This document shows positions 38,460 through 48,546 of a stretch of DNA of 59,647 bases, piece after piece (positions within the stretch are counted from its first letter, which is position 1; the number at the start of each line of letters is the position of its first letter). Where the stretch lies: assembly GCA_011605725.1 (NCBI GenBank), contig JAAOZP010000005.1, positions 1-59,647 on the forward strand. The letters are read 5' to 3'. The notes beneath the pieces were generated by a model. It had not been told where the DNA came from. It searched no databases and saw only the letters and a list, made by a program, of their open reading frames with translations. Made by a program: the position numbers and the translations under genes. The DNA comes from Nitrososphaerota archaeon (GTDB lineage: Archaea; Thermoproteota; EX4484-205; JAAOZP01).

Positions 38460-38576
38460 GTTCTTAACAATCCTATTAAACCTTTAAACCAGCTGGTCAA
38501 GCCGAAAAGTTTAAGCAACTGAGCATTAGCCTGTTTCCCCGTTTTTCAGATAAGTTTTTTAGGCTATCCAGACGGT

Positions 38577-41219
38577 TTGGTGAAAGGTAGAAGCCGGTTG
38601 ACTGGGTCTTCGAGCAGCATCAAGATTCACCTGGTCCCCACTTTCCATTATGATCTCGCGTATTTAATGAGCTTCGAAGAGTATTTTCCGAGGCTGAAAC
38701 ATATTTTCACAGAGGTGCTTAACATCATGGAGAAGAATCCTGAATATACTTATATGTTTGAACAAGCCTTGCTGGTAAACCTGTTCCGAAGGCTCTGCCC
38801 TGAGCATTGGGAAACGTTTAGGAAACTGGTTTCATCCGGAAGAATCGAAGTCACAGGCCCATATGTGCAGACGGATAACAATATTCCTTCAGGAGAATCC
38901 ATTGTTCGCAACGCTGTTCTAGCTAAGAGGACGCTTGAGAAAATAGGGGGAGACACTAAAACAGCTTGGATGGGGGATGTCTTCGGCCAGAATGCTCAGA
39001 CTCCGCAGATAGCTAAGCTCTGCGGCTATGAATACTTACAGTTTAGCCGAGGCCTTTACCGGAGCGGCGTTAAATCAGAATTCCTCTGGGAAGCCCTGGA
39101 CGGTACACGCTTGTTGACATACTGCGGCGAATACGGCGGTGTCCAGTTTTCACAGGACGTGGAGGAGAATCTTAGGAGGATCAGCATGATTGTGGAAAGG
39201 CTTTCGAGAAACTCAGCTACTGATGAGGTTCTCCTTCTCAGCGGCGGCGACTGGGCTGTACCTGTTCAGAACACTCCTGAAACCGTGGAGAGATGGAACC
39301 AGGAGAATGCTTTAAAAATATGTTTCTCATCCGTCTCCCGTTTCTTCGAATCCGTGGCTGGGAAAGCTGTTGGGCTGCAGGTTGTCAAGGGGGATATGAA
39401 TCCGGTGATGCGTGGAACCTACAGCAGCAGGATCAGGCTTAAGATTCGGAACAGGGAGGTTGAGAACCTACTTATCACTGCTGAGAAGCTTTCATCAATA
39501 TGCTCGCTAATGGGGGCGGAATACCCTTCTGAGAAGCTTGAAGAAGCATGGGAGAAACTCCTTCTAAACCAGTTTCACGACGTGATTTGTGGAAGCTGCG
39601 TCGACCCTGCTTTCGAACAGGCTTTACAATGGTATGCGGAGAGTGAAAGAATTGCGAACAGGATTATAGATGAGGGTCTAGACTTCTTGTCTGGAAAGAT
39701 TGGCACAAGCAAGGTGGAGGGTAAGCCAGTCCTAGTCTTCAACCCGTTGGGCTTCGACAGGCGTGACATCGTTAAGCTGAGGCTGACTTTCGTTAAGCCG
39801 GGTGTTAAAAGCGTCCGGGTTTTCGACGACGAGGGGAGAGAGATTCCGGTGCAGCTTTCTGAGAAGAAGTATTACGGCGAAGCTCCTCCGCCACATCTCC
39901 CGATCGGCGGGAAGGTTGAGTTCCGTGAAGAACCGGCGGAGGCAGGCTACACTAGGGTTGAGAAAGGCTTCTCCGGAAATGGTGGAGCAAGCCTTAGGGA
40001 GGCTCTGGTAATGTTCATCGCAGAGGTGCCGGCTCTCGGCTACAGGGTTTACAGCCTGCAGGAGAGTGGTGAGGAGCAGGAGTATCCGACCAGCCTAAGC
40101 GTTTCCAGCAGGATTCTTGAAAACAGTTTTTACCGGATTTGTTTCAACGAGGACGGGACTATTCGCAGCATAGTTGACAAGGAGACTGGTTTAGAGTATG
40201 TTGACCCTGAAAAGCCTTTCGCAAACAATCTTCTGCTTCAGATCGACAGGGGAGACCTGTACAACATCATGCCTATGCTTGACCCTAGGGATCCTCTACC
40301 GATGCAGGTTCGAGAGAAGCTGGCTGAAGTAGCGCGGGAGCTCCACCTGGAAGACCTTAAGCTCTGGGACCATGTTGAATCGAGAAACATGCCTGTTAAA
40401 ATAGATGTTTTAGAGAAGGGTCCGGTAAGGGCTACAGTCAGGGTTTCAGGCGTCCTCAGGTTCTGGGTTGGCATAAGCGTAGTGTTCACTCAGCTTATTC
40501 ACCTCTACGATGGTTTGAGGAGAATAGATTTTGAAACCAGGCTCACACCATCCGGGAAGCAGTACAGGATTAGAGTATGCTTTCCAACAAACATCAGGAA
40601 GGGAATGATAAGGCATGAAATACCTTTCGGCCATGTTGAGCGGCCGGAGGGAGAATACCCTGCGCAGAACTGGATTGACTATAGTGATGAGGAGAAGGGG
40701 CTGTGCATAGTTAACTGTGGTCTTCCAGGGAACAATGTGGTTGACAATGTCGCTATGGTTTCGCTTCTGAGAAGCGTTGCTTTCGAATACAAGGGTGTGA
40801 GTGAAAAAGGGTTTGAGGAGAACGTGCAGCACTTGTTCAAATACTCGCTCATCCCGTTTAGGAAGAATGATCCTGAGTATCTTCCTTGGAAACATGCTGC
40901 TGAGCTGAACAACATGCTTATAGCCAGGACGGTTTCAAAGTCGAACGGGCTGCTCCCGCTGAAGCATAGTTTCCTTAGGGTCGAGCCAGGCAGCGTAATG
41001 CTGTCCTCCTTGACGCGAGACGGTGAGCATGTTCTGGTAAGGGTTTACGAGGCCAAGGGCGTTAAAACCGGTTGCAGAATACGGATTACCCTGCCTTTTA
41101 AAAAGGCTGTTGAGGTTGACTGTTTAAACAGGGAGACTGGGCGTAGAGTGGAGGTTGAGCGTGAAACAGTTAGGCTTGAGATGAACGGTTTCGAAATAAA
41201 AACCATTAGACTATGCTGA
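38577..41219 (+). CDS. Glycoside hydrolase family 38 (alpha-mannosidase-like)
   Basis: HYDLAY, PSGESIVRN, WMGDVFG, GGDW, RGTYSSR, NQFHDVICGS, FNPL, FEIKTI C-terminus. Confidence 0.92.
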   Translation: MVKGRSRLTGSSSSIKIHLVPTFHYDLAYLMSFEEYFPRLKHIFTEVLNIMEKNPEYTYMFEQALLVNLFRRLCPEHWETFRKLVSSGRIEVTGPYVQTDNNIPSGESIVRNAVLAKRTLEKIGGDTKTAWMGDVFGQNAQTPQIAKLCGYEYLQFSRGLYRSGVKSEFLWEALDGTRLLTYCGEYGGVQFSQDVEENLRRISMIVERLSRNSATDEVLLLSGGDWAVPVQNTPETVERWNQENALKICFSSVSRFFESVAGKAVGLQVVKGDMNPVMRGTYSSRIRLKIRNREVENLLITAEKLSSICSLMGAEYPSEKLEEAWEKLLLNQFHDVICGSCVDPAFEQALQWYAESERIANRIIDEGLDFLSGKIGTSKVEGKPVLVFNPLGFDRRDIVKLRLTFVKPGVKSVRVFDDEGREIPVQLSEKKYYGEAPPPHLPIGGKVEFREEPAEAGYTRVEKGFSGNGGASLREALVMFIAEVPALGYRVYSLQESGEEQEYPTSLSVSSRILENSFYRICFNEDGTIRSIVDKETGLEYVDPEKPFANNLLLQIDRGDLYNIMPMLDPRDPLPMQVREKLAEVARELHLEDLKLWDHVESRNMPVKIDVLEKGPVRATVRVSGVLRFWVGISVVFTQLIHLYDGLRRIDFETRLTPSGKQYRIRVCFPTNIRKGMIRHEIPFGHVERPEGEYPAQNWIDYSDEEKGLCIVNCGLPGNNVVDNVAMVSLLRSVAFEYKGVSEKGFEENVQHLFKYSLIPFRKNDPEYLPWKHAAELNNMLIARTVSKSNGLLPLKHSFLRVEPGSVMLSSLTRDGEHVLVRVYEAKGVKTGCRIRITLPFKKAVEVDCLNRETGRRVEVERETVRLEMNGFEIKTIRLC

Positions 41220-41264
41220 TGGAACGCTTAAATCCATGCTGCTGCCTACCCTCTGCGAACCGGA

Positions 41265-42284
41265 ATGTCCGAGAAGGTTAGACTAGGGTTTGTAGGCTGC
41301 GGAGGAATAGCTGTAGCACATTTGAAAGCCCTCGCTAAAAACCCGTATGCGGAGATAGCTGCTTTCTGCGACATAAACCTTGAGCGTGCTAAAACCGTTG
41401 CCTCTCAGTATGGTGCGGCTGGAGCCACGGTTTACAGCAGGTCTGAAGAAATGTTTAGAAACACTAGTCTGGATGCTGTTTACATCTGTCTCCCGCCTTT
41501 CGCCCACGGGGCTGAGTTTGAAGCCATAGACCGTGGAATACCGTTCTTCGTGGAGAAACCTGTAAACCTTTATTTTGAACAGGCTAGGGAGATAGCTGCA
41601 GCCGTTGAAAGGAAAAGGGTTTTAACGAGCGTCGGCTACATGAACAGGTACCGGAGCGGGGTTCAAAAAGTCAAAGAGATTCTCCGACAGGATCCTCCCA
41701 TACTTGTGCTCGGAGGATGGATCGGGCAGACTCCCCGCCTGACGCCTGAGGCAGCGATATACAGCTGGTGGGTCGTGAAGGAGAAAAGCGGTGGACAGTT
41801 TCACGAGCAGGTGACCCACACCGTCGACCTGGTAAGGTTCATGTGCGGCGAGATTACTGAGGTTCAGGCTTACCCTGCTAAAGGGTTTAACAAGAATGTT
41901 TCGCCAAACTACAATATTGAGGACGCTAGCGTGGTTAATATTAAACTGGCCAACGGCGCTGTTGGAAGCCTCTGGGCCTCTTGCTCAGCAAACGGTGGAG
42001 GGGGAGGAGTAAGCCTAAGCATTTACGCGGGCCGAACGACAGCCCTGTTCACCGGGTGGGAGCATTCCCTACGCCTCCTGCAGGCGGGTGTTGAGCCCGA
42101 GGAAATACCTGGGGAACCGAACATTTTTGAAATAGAGGATAACGCGTTCATAGATGCTGTCAGGCTTAAGGATCCTTCGAAAATACTCTGCCCCTATACA
42201 GACGGCTTGAGAACGCTTACGGTGACTCTTGCAGCCAATCAGTCGATGATGAGTGGGGAGCCGGTCAAAATCCCTTTTAAATAA
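41265..42284 (+). CDS. Gfo/Idh/MocA-family NAD(P) oxidoreductase
   Basis: GFVGCGGIA Rossmann motif, FVEKP, SGGQFHEQVTHTVD. Confidence 0.93.
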   Translation: MSEKVRLGFVGCGGIAVAHLKALAKNPYAEIAAFCDINLERAKTVASQYGAAGATVYSRSEEMFRNTSLDAVYICLPPFAHGAEFEAIDRGIPFFVEKPVNLYFEQAREIAAAVERKRVLTSVGYMNRYRSGVQKVKEILRQDPPILVLGGWIGQTPRLTPEAAIYSWWVVKEKSGGQFHEQVTHTVDLVRFMCGEITEVQAYPAKGFNKNVSPNYNIEDASVVNIKLANGAVGSLWASCSANGGGGGVSLSIYAGRTTALFTGWEHSLRLLQAGVEPEEIPGEPNIFEIEDNAFIDAVRLKDPSKILCPYTDGLRTLTVTLAANQSMMSGEPVKIPFK

Positions 42285-42381
42285 GCACAGCCGCAGGCCA
42301 CCTGTTCAAGGCTAGCCTCAAAATAGTTCCTGGAAAAAGCTTAATAGGTTAACGAGTTTCATAATTCTCTGTGAATAGAGA

Positions 42382-43158
42382 ATGATAAGAGTCCTCTACG
42401 TTGGGGATTCCGGGACGATGGCGCTAGTATACACGGGTTCACCATTCTGGGTGGAGCAGAAGAATCTTGAAGTCAGAAACTTCGGCCTGCCGCTGCTCCG
42501 CGCCCTTGAAGGAGACACCGGTATTGAAGTAACATACATGCCCACCTGGGAAGCCTACCGCAGTTTTCCGAAGAATCTTGAAGACCTGTTAAAATACGAT
42601 GTTTTAATACTGAGCGACGTTGAGTACGACTGCATAATATACTATCCTGAGTTCTACACTCCCAGCAAGTATGGTGAGCACATAGTTATGCCGAACAGGG
42701 TTAAAAACATCAGGGAGTTTGTACGGCTGGGCAGAGGGCTGGCGATGCTCGGCGGATGGCAGAGCTTCGCCGGGAAATATGGGAACGCGCTTTGGCAGGG
42801 CACGCCTGTTGAGGAGGCTCTGCCCGTGAAAATGCTGGATAGGGATGACAGGGTTGAGCACCCGGAGGGAGCGCAGATAAAAGCGTTAAAAGAAGACCAT
42901 CCCGTCATGAGGAACATAGACTGGAGCACTGCGCCCCCGCTCTTAGGCTATAACAAGGTTCTGCTTAAAGACGGGTCTGAGCTTCTCGCCACGGTGGGGG
43001 AGGGAGACGTGCTAATCGCTACCTGCAAGTTCGGCGAGGGGAGAAGCTTCGTCTTCACCTCGGACCCAGCACCTCACTGGGGTATAAACTTCATGAAATG
43101 GCACTACTACGAAGTCTTCTGGAGGCAAGCCATTAAATGGTTGGCTGGAAAAATCTAG
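42382..43158 (+). CDS. Glutamine-amidotransferase-like protein (DUF1355/GATase1-like)
   Basis: YDVLILSDV, GLAMLGGWQSFAG, TPVEEALPV, DDRVEHPEG, LLGYN, FTSDPAPHWG. Confidence 0.88.
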   Translation: MIRVLYVGDSGTMALVYTGSPFWVEQKNLEVRNFGLPLLRALEGDTGIEVTYMPTWEAYRSFPKNLEDLLKYDVLILSDVEYDCIIYYPEFYTPSKYGEHIVMPNRVKNIREFVRLGRGLAMLGGWQSFAGKYGNALWQGTPVEEALPVKMLDRDDRVEHPEGAQIKALKEDHPVMRNIDWSTAPPLLGYNKVLLKDGSELLATVGEGDVLIATCKFGEGRSFVFTSDPAPHWGINFMKWHYYEVFWRQAIKWLAGKI

Positions 43159-43211
43159 TCCAATTATGAGCATTGGCTAGAAGCCTTTAATAACTTTTGC
43201 ATTTTTATCAA

Positions 43212-43223
43212 TTAGCGCGCGCT
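43212..43223. repeat. Dispersed palindrome TTAGCGCGCGCT
   Basis: Intergenic copy overlapping the first codon of a PIN-like gene fragment. Confidence 0.7.
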
Positions 43224-43289
43224 TTTGAAGAAATAGAGAAGCATAAAGACGAACTTCTAGACAAGGTTTCGAAGCATGCTTTGAACTAG
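43221..43289 (+). pseudogene. Internal fragment of a PIN-domain gene (AFEEIEKHKDELLDK)
   Basis: Resembles the EEI.KH..E...K helix of archaeal PIN proteins; no start codon; begins within the palindrome. Confidence 0.4.
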
Positions 43290-43409
43290 CCTTGATTAAA
43301 GCTAAGCGCGTTCTCAGCTACCATGAAGAATAAGCTGCTAATAAATGATCGATGAGCAAAGTGTTGTTAGAAGAAAATGTTTATATAGTCATGGTATAAC
43401 TTTCACCGT

Positions 43410-43697
43410 ATGGTGGAAACTGTGGAAGAAACATTGAACGTAGACAAGCAGGGCAGGATTGTTCTTCCCGCTCGTATCCGGAAAGCTATAGGAATGGAAA
43501 GAGGAGGAAAACTGCTAATTAGGCTTGACGGCTCAAGGATAATACTTGAACCTTTCCCTAAAGACCTGAAAAAGAGTGTTGAAGAATGGGTTAATTTAGT
43601 ACGAAACATGGAAGTTAATGTTTCTGAAGAAACTTCTGAGGAAAGCTGGAAGTGGATGAGCCGTGAATATGCTGAAAGGAAACTTGGCCTATCCTGA
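43410..43697 (+). CDS. AbrB/MazE/SpoVT-family antitoxin
   Basis: VDKQGRIVLPARIRKAIG...IILEP. Confidence 0.9.
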   Translation: MVETVEETLNVDKQGRIVLPARIRKAIGMERGGKLLIRLDGSRIILEPFPKDLKKSVEEWVNLVRNMEVNVSEETSEESWKWMSREYAERKLGLS

Positions 43698-44157
43698 AGG
43701 AATATTAGATGTGAGCATAATAGTCGTCATATGCTTCGATAATCCCCTTAAAGAGCATGGTATAAATTTCATTCATGATGTACTTATTCAGAAAAAACAT
43801 GTCGCTCTTCCGGTTTCGTCTATAATAGGGGCATACCACATAGCTACTAGGTACCTAAAAGTATCAAAAATCTCTGCAAAAAAAGTTCTAGTAGGTCTTT
43901 TGGTTACAAGATCTCCTGCACTGTATCCGTCAATAGCACCTGAACTAGCCATTGATGCTCTCGAGTACGCAACATACTATAATGTTGAGTCTTGGGATGG
44001 TTACTTGATATCTTTAGCAAGAAGCCTAGGAACTTCAATAATATATTCATTAGATAAAGAGCTTGCAAAAGTGAAGGAAGTATCGGTAGTTAACCCATTT
44101 CCAGAGGAAGCAGTTAAACAGTATCATGAATTCATAAAAAAAGTATTAAAGTCTTAG
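43663..44157 (+). CDS. vapC: PIN-domain (VapC-like) toxin
   Basis: ILDVSII, SWDGYL, IYSLDKEL, VVNPF; overlaps the antitoxin gene. Confidence 0.85.
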   Translation: MNMLKGNLAYPEGILDVSIIVVICFDNPLKEHGINFIHDVLIQKKHVALPVSSIIGAYHIATRYLKVSKISAKKVLVGLLVTRSPALYPSIAPELAIDALEYATYYNVESWDGYLISLARSLGTSIIYSLDKELAKVKEVSVVNPFPEEAVKQYHEFIKKVLKS

Positions 44158-44175
44158 AAGCCTTTGATGTCAGAT

Positions 44176-44197
44176 TAAGCGCGTAAGCGCGCGCTAA
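44176..44197. repeat. Tandem palindrome copies TAAGCGCG-TAAGCGCGCGCTAA
   Basis: Directly downstream of the TA module. Confidence 0.75.
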
Positions 44198-44405
44198 ACA
44201 AATCCAAGCATGCCTGTGAACGTTAAGCAAGCACTTGCTTTGAGAGCTTGGCTTCTGTCCCAGCCAACTTGGACTGAGCATTGTCTAAATCTCTCTGCAA
44301 GTCCTCCATCTGCCTTTGCAGCATGGGCACGGTGTTCCTACAACCTTTTAATTCTTCCTTCGGGTGGACAAGACTTATAAAGAACCCGTTGTACCTAAAA
44401 ACGGA

Positions 44406-44629
44406 ATGTCTGAAATAACTTATGAGAGCCCAGCGATAACGATGAAAGACTACGAAAAGTATAGGGGCAAACATGTTGTAATTTCAAGGATGAAATAATA
44501 TCTGAAGGCTCGAGCTCGGTCGAGGCTGTGGCGAAAGCCTTGGAAAAACATCCTGAGCTCAAAACTGAAGACCTGGAGATAACATACATACCTTTTGAGG
44601 AAACATTAATCCTTGAAGTTTACATTTAA
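44406..44629 (+). pseudogene. Frameshifted DUF5678-family gene
   Basis: MSEITYESPAITMKDYEKYRGKHVVI, then -1 frame at about 44481-44485 continuing KDEIISEGSSSVEAVAKALEKHP...ITYIPFEETLIL; KY.GK.V.....I...G....A...A is the DUF5678 pattern. Confidence 0.7.
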
Positions 44630-44687
44630 GTATAGAAGAGAGGAAGCCAAGAAGAGGATCATCTATAGGCCAATTGTAGCGCGCACT
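44613..44687 (+). pseudogene. 5' remnant of a clan AA aspartyl-protease-like gene (usual DUF5678 partner)
   Basis: MKFTFKYR...IIYRPIV matches the N-terminus of these proteases; breaks at TAGCGCGCACT (44677) before any DTG motif. Confidence 0.5.
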
Positions 44688-44725
44688 TCCGCCTGGGAAG
44701 CCCTCTATGCGCAATATGTTGTTGC

Positions 44726-44737
44726 TAGCGTGCGCTA
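44726..44737. repeat. Dispersed palindrome variant TAGCGTGCGCTA
   Basis: One transition from the consensus; clustered with copies at 44677, 44824 and 44835. Confidence 0.7.
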
Positions 44738-44998
44738 TCATATCCTAAAAACCTTTCTTTTAACAGAACCCTTATCAACATTTATACTCACGCGCTGCTA
44801 TAAATTAGTGGCATTTAATTTTTTGGCGCGTGCTTTAGCGCGCGGCTCCCTCTGCAAGGGATGTAGAAACCGGCTTTCAATCAGGAGCAAAAAGGAGTAA
44901 TGATGCTTTCTCGGTGCACAGTAGACTTATGTAGTGGTATGAGCAAAAATGGAGAAACAACCCTTCCAGTGTTCAGCGAGCATTAGGGACGTTAATCC

Positions 44999-45994
44999 CT
45001 AATGCTTCTCCTGCTCTTCAGCTGCTTGGCGAAGTAACTCGACCTCCATCGGGTCAAATGGTGTACCATCAGGATTAAGAAGATCGTGCTGCCAGACTTT
45101 TGGTGGCGGATCACCAGGCTTAGAAGACCAGTCTAGATGAGTCTGGGTTTTACCTCTAACCAAGCCCCAGAAATACCAGCCAATCCGGTGCTGAAAGAAT
45201 ATGGGCAGTAATGCTGAAAAAGTATTGCCTACTTGTCGCCGTAAAAACTCTGTGCAAACCATTGGGCGTTTCGACTTGTTCACGCGCTCTTTCAGGAAGT
45301 CGATTTTTGCCAGGACGCGGTCAGGTGGTTCATAAGCATGAAAGGAGATGAAGTCGGACAGCTGAGCGAGCCGCTGATGCATCTTGTCTTCGAAGTTTGA
45401 CCATAGACCGGTGGTTAAAAATTGTGTAGGAGAGGCTTCTCGTGCCCATCTGAAGGCTGCTTCCACCAACGGCAAACTTTTCACACCCATGCCTGAATTA
45501 CCGGGTTCGTTGTAAAGGTCCCAAGCAATCACCCGTTCGTCTCTGGCGAAACTGCCAACAACATCCTTAACATACTCTTCAAGTCCCCGCCACGCGGTTC
45601 TGTCTAGGACGCGAGATCGGCCTGGGCTGGCTACCCAGCGGCTGTTGTGCACACCGGGTATAGGCGGCTCCTGGGGCCCCAGCTTAGGCTCTTGATTCCA
45701 GCAGTCGTCAAATAATACTAGCATCACGCTAATTTTATGCGTGTCGGCAATGCTTAAAAATCGGTTCAATCGGCTCCTGAACCCCTGCGGATCTGCCTCC
45801 CAGACCATATAGTGTAGGAATACGCGGATGCTGTTTAAACGGATTCGTTCTGCCCAGCCTAATTCTTCATCTATCGTTTGCTCATCAAAGGTTTCCGCCT
45901 GCCACATTTCAATCGTATTTACGGCAGTGCGAGGAATATAGTTGCAGCCTCGTATTAAACCAAGCTTACGATAGCTCTCCATTATAAATCTCAA
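44999..45994 (-). CDS. Clan GH-A glycoside hydrolase (GH5-like)
   Basis: GCNYIP, NSIRVFLH, VLFDDCW, WDLYNEPGN (acid/base), SFHAY, CTEFLRR (nucleophile), WGLVRGKTQT. Confidence 0.88.
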   Translation of the reverse strand: MRFIMESYRKLGLIRGCNYIPRTAVNTIEMWQAETFDEQTIDEELGWAERIRLNSIRVFLHYMVWEADPQGFRSRLNRFLSIADTHKISVMLVLFDDCWNQEPKLGPQEPPIPGVHNSRWVASPGRSRVLDRTAWRGLEEYVKDVVGSFARDERVIAWDLYNEPGNSGMGVKSLPLVEAAFRWAREASPTQFLTTGLWSNFEDKMHQRLAQLSDFISFHAYEPPDRVLAKIDFLKERVNKSKRPMVCTEFLRRQVGNTFSALLPIFFQHRIGWYFWGLVRGKTQTHLDWSSKPGDPPPKVWQHDLLNPDGTPFDPMEVELLRQAAEEQEKH

Positions 45995-48546
45995 TATATG
46001 GAGAAGGTTTTCTTAAAAGACTTTAAGGCATCTTCAAAAGTACCCTTGAAACCGTAAAGGTAATAGCTGAAGTAGGTGGTTGTGCCCGTGTTAACCCTTA
46101 TCCAGGGCTGGATCTCAATGTAGGAGTAGTGTGAATCACCGTTCTCCGGAGTGTTCATCCAGATATGGGTTAGGAACGGGGTTTTCGAATCATAAGCCAT
46201 TATGAGTCCAAGCTTCTCCTGCTCATCGTAGCATGCAATCCAGTCCTCCTCGAGGAAAAGCCTTTTACCGTAAAGCCTGCCCCTATATCTTTCCTTGAGA
46301 ATACCGTTTTTAGAGGGATAGTAGATCACGTGGCTAGCGTCAACATTGTTCCCAAGCCTGATTAAAGGGTTGACGCCGATCACGTTAAGCTCAGGGTTGA
46401 CGAAGTCCGCCTCATACCTCACCTCTAGCAGAGTCGTGCCTCCGAAAAGCTTGAATGTCTTCTTTAAAAGGTTCCCGTTCATATCTGCCTCTGCAGAAAC
46501 TACTGCACTATCCCCCTCCTTCTTCACCACCTTAATGTTGAAGTTTTCATGTCCCTCGACGGTCGGCTGCTGTATGAATTCCTCTAAGCCTCCGAACGGG
46601 TAGAATCTTCTCTTCCTGCCTGAAACCCTCCAGTCCTCAGGCTTCTTCGGGTATAGTTTGAACAGCAGGTCTGCCTCCAGCCTCTTCAACCTGTACTGCA
46701 ACAGCCTTCCCCCTGGAGAGATTACTTTAGCCACCACGTGCTCGTTTTCAAGCACTGCTTCCTCAAGACCGTCTTCGTCGAAATCCCCCTTATACGCTAC
46801 GGCTCTTCCTTCAAAGTTTTCCACCAGAAGCCTGCAGGCTGTTTTCCCAGTGGAGAAAACCAGGTTCACCAAGTATTCTCCAGTCTTCAGGTCGAGTGGA
46901 ACCATGGTTTTAAAAGGCTTATGCAGAGGAGCCTGGATTCCTACGGATTCTTCGAAAACCATGCTTCCCCTGTGGGAAACACTTACTTTCAAATCGGCTT
47001 TCTCAACACCGGTATTGTTCCACACGGTCACCGGTATTTCCACACGGCCCTCTGAAACCAGAAGCGGGAAAGTGGAAACCATGGGCGGTGCTTCAAAGAA
47101 GCAAAGGCTCCTCCAGCAGCCTTCTTTCGAAGAGAATTCTACGAGCAACAGGCCGTAAGACCCGTTTAACTCTTCAGACGCAGATATTTCGAGAACAATG
47201 TTTTTCTTCTCACCCTTGTCGAGACGCATAGTCATGCTGTTCGGCTGAACAACCCTGATGCCACGGCTCGCCTTGACTTGAAGAACCCCTTCTAAAGGCT
47301 TCTCAGCCTTATTAATCATTGAAACCATGAGGCTCAGCCCATCCAGCTTCGAGGAAAGCGAGAAGCATGTTCCGTAAACCCGGCGTAGATACTGCTTGTC
47401 GGCGAGAAGAATCCTCACCAGGTTTACGAGCATTGAAGGACCCACTGTCTTCCCGTCTTCAAACACTCCAACAGCTTTCCGAGAAAGAATCGTTTTCACA
47501 ATTCTCTCCTTAGATTGTAGTTTATGATCCTCCTTGTCGACGAACAACCAGATGGAGGGAGGTGCCTCCCCCCATTCCAAATGGTGTGGAATAATTAAGA
47601 AGGGTGTTTCCAGCTCCTCAAGATACTCGCTATTACCCTCGTGAAAAACATAGCCGTCTAAATGGTTCTTCAACATGTCAACATCGGAATCCAGAAGATT
47701 GTTGAACACTCCGAAAAGCATTTTCCCCGGCTTCTTCACACTGCACGCGTCAGCAGCATCTGAGGACTGGGGGTCAGGATACTCATCCCAGTCAACCATG
47801 AGACACTTACCGTCGCCAGTAAACTGGCCTGAGAAAACAGTGAAATCAAGGCCAAGCTCCTCTATCTTCGGAGTCAACTCCTTAACCGTTAAATCCTCAC
47901 CCGGGCCAACGATGAAAACCCATTTGCAGCCCAGCTTAAGAGCATCCGCCATTATTTTACCCGGGTGCCTAGGCAGAGGGGTCACCGTATATCTTCCGCT
48001 AGTGTGGAAGGGCCATCCCTTCCATATTTCATGCGTGTCCAAAACCTTTTTACCCTGGTCAAGCAACTCTAGAATTCTTCTCGAAACCGCAATACTCCTA
48101 GAGGCAATAATCATCACAGTATTTTGACTCGGATGCTGGCGGAGATAGAGGAGGAAAACATCCTTGCCGCAATGCTCCTCCGGAACTTCCTGTTTAAGCG
48201 TTGCCCAGAGATGCGCGTTAAAATCGAGGAGAACAATCAGGTTGGATTCAGCAGCTTCCTTCTGAAACTCCTCCGGAGAAGGGTTGGAGACTACTTTGAA
48301 ACCCTCCAGCCTCACAAATCTCTCGAAAAACCCTTCCTTCATCCAGAATTTTCCGAAACCTTTTAGAGAACTATTCCTGTTCTCAATGTTCTTCACCTTC
48401 GCATCAAGATCCTCAAAGCAGAAGTCTATCCCAAGATATGAGGCTGAAACCCATTTTTTACTCATCCATTCGCGAGAGAATCCTTGAAACTCATCCTCGG
48501 TAAGCGTAAAATCACGCAAACAGTTTTCAGAGGCTTCGCCATGCAT
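45991..48546 (-). CDS. Large hypothetical protein with Ig-like domains and a C-terminal galactose-mutarotase-like sandwich
   Basis: 851 aa; C-terminal AVLENEHVVAKVISPGGRL resembles the DUF5107/supersandwich start; overlaps the GH5-like gene. Confidence 0.7.
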   Translation of the reverse strand: MHGEASENCLRDFTLTEDEFQGFSREWMSKKWVSASYLGIDFCFEDLDAKVKNIENRNSSLKGFGKFWMKEGFFERFVRLEGFKVVSNPSPEEFQKEAAESNLIVLLDFNAHLWATLKQEVPEEHCGKDVFLLYLRQHPSQNTVMIIASRSIAVSRRILELLDQGKKVLDTHEIWKGWPFHTSGRYTVTPLPRHPGKIMADALKLGCKWVFIVGPGEDLTVKELTPKIEELGLDFTVFSGQFTGDGKCLMVDWDEYPDPQSSDAADACSVKKPGKMLFGVFNNLLDSDVDMLKNHLDGYVFHEGNSEYLEELETPFLIIPHHLEWGEAPPSIWLFVDKEDHKLQSKERIVKTILSRKAVGVFEDGKTVGPSMLVNLVRILLADKQYLRRVYGTCFSLSSKLDGLSLMVSMINKAEKPLEGVLQVKASRGIRVVQPNSMTMRLDKGEKKNIVLEISASEELNGSYGLLLVEFSSKEGCWRSLCFFEAPPMVSTFPLLVSEGRVEIPVTVWNNTGVEKADLKVSVSHRGSMVFEESVGIQAPLHKPFKTMVPLDLKTGEYLVNLVFSTGKTACRLLVENFEGRAVAYKGDFDEDGLEEAVLENEHVVAKVISPGGRLLQYRLKRLEADLLFKLYPKKPEDWRVSGRKRRFYPFGGLEEFIQQPTVEGHENFNIKVVKKEGDSAVVSAEADMNGNLLKKTFKLFGGTTLLEVRYEADFVNPELNVIGVNPLIRLGNNVDASHVIYYPSKNGILKERYRGRLYGKRLFLEEDWIACYDEQEKLGLIMAYDSKTPFLTHIWMNTPENGDSHYSYIEIQPWIRVNTGTTTYFSYYLYGFKGTFEDALKSFKKTFSIY

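Noticed and set aside
43200-44900. CRISPR array or classical integron
   Set aside because: Repeats are only 8-14 bp with irregular spacing; no cas genes, integrase or attC structure
44688-44900. Rest of ORF 44613..44900 as a real protein
   Set aside because: After the palindrome at 44677 it runs through motif-rich non-coding-like sequence and lacks a DTG catalytic motif
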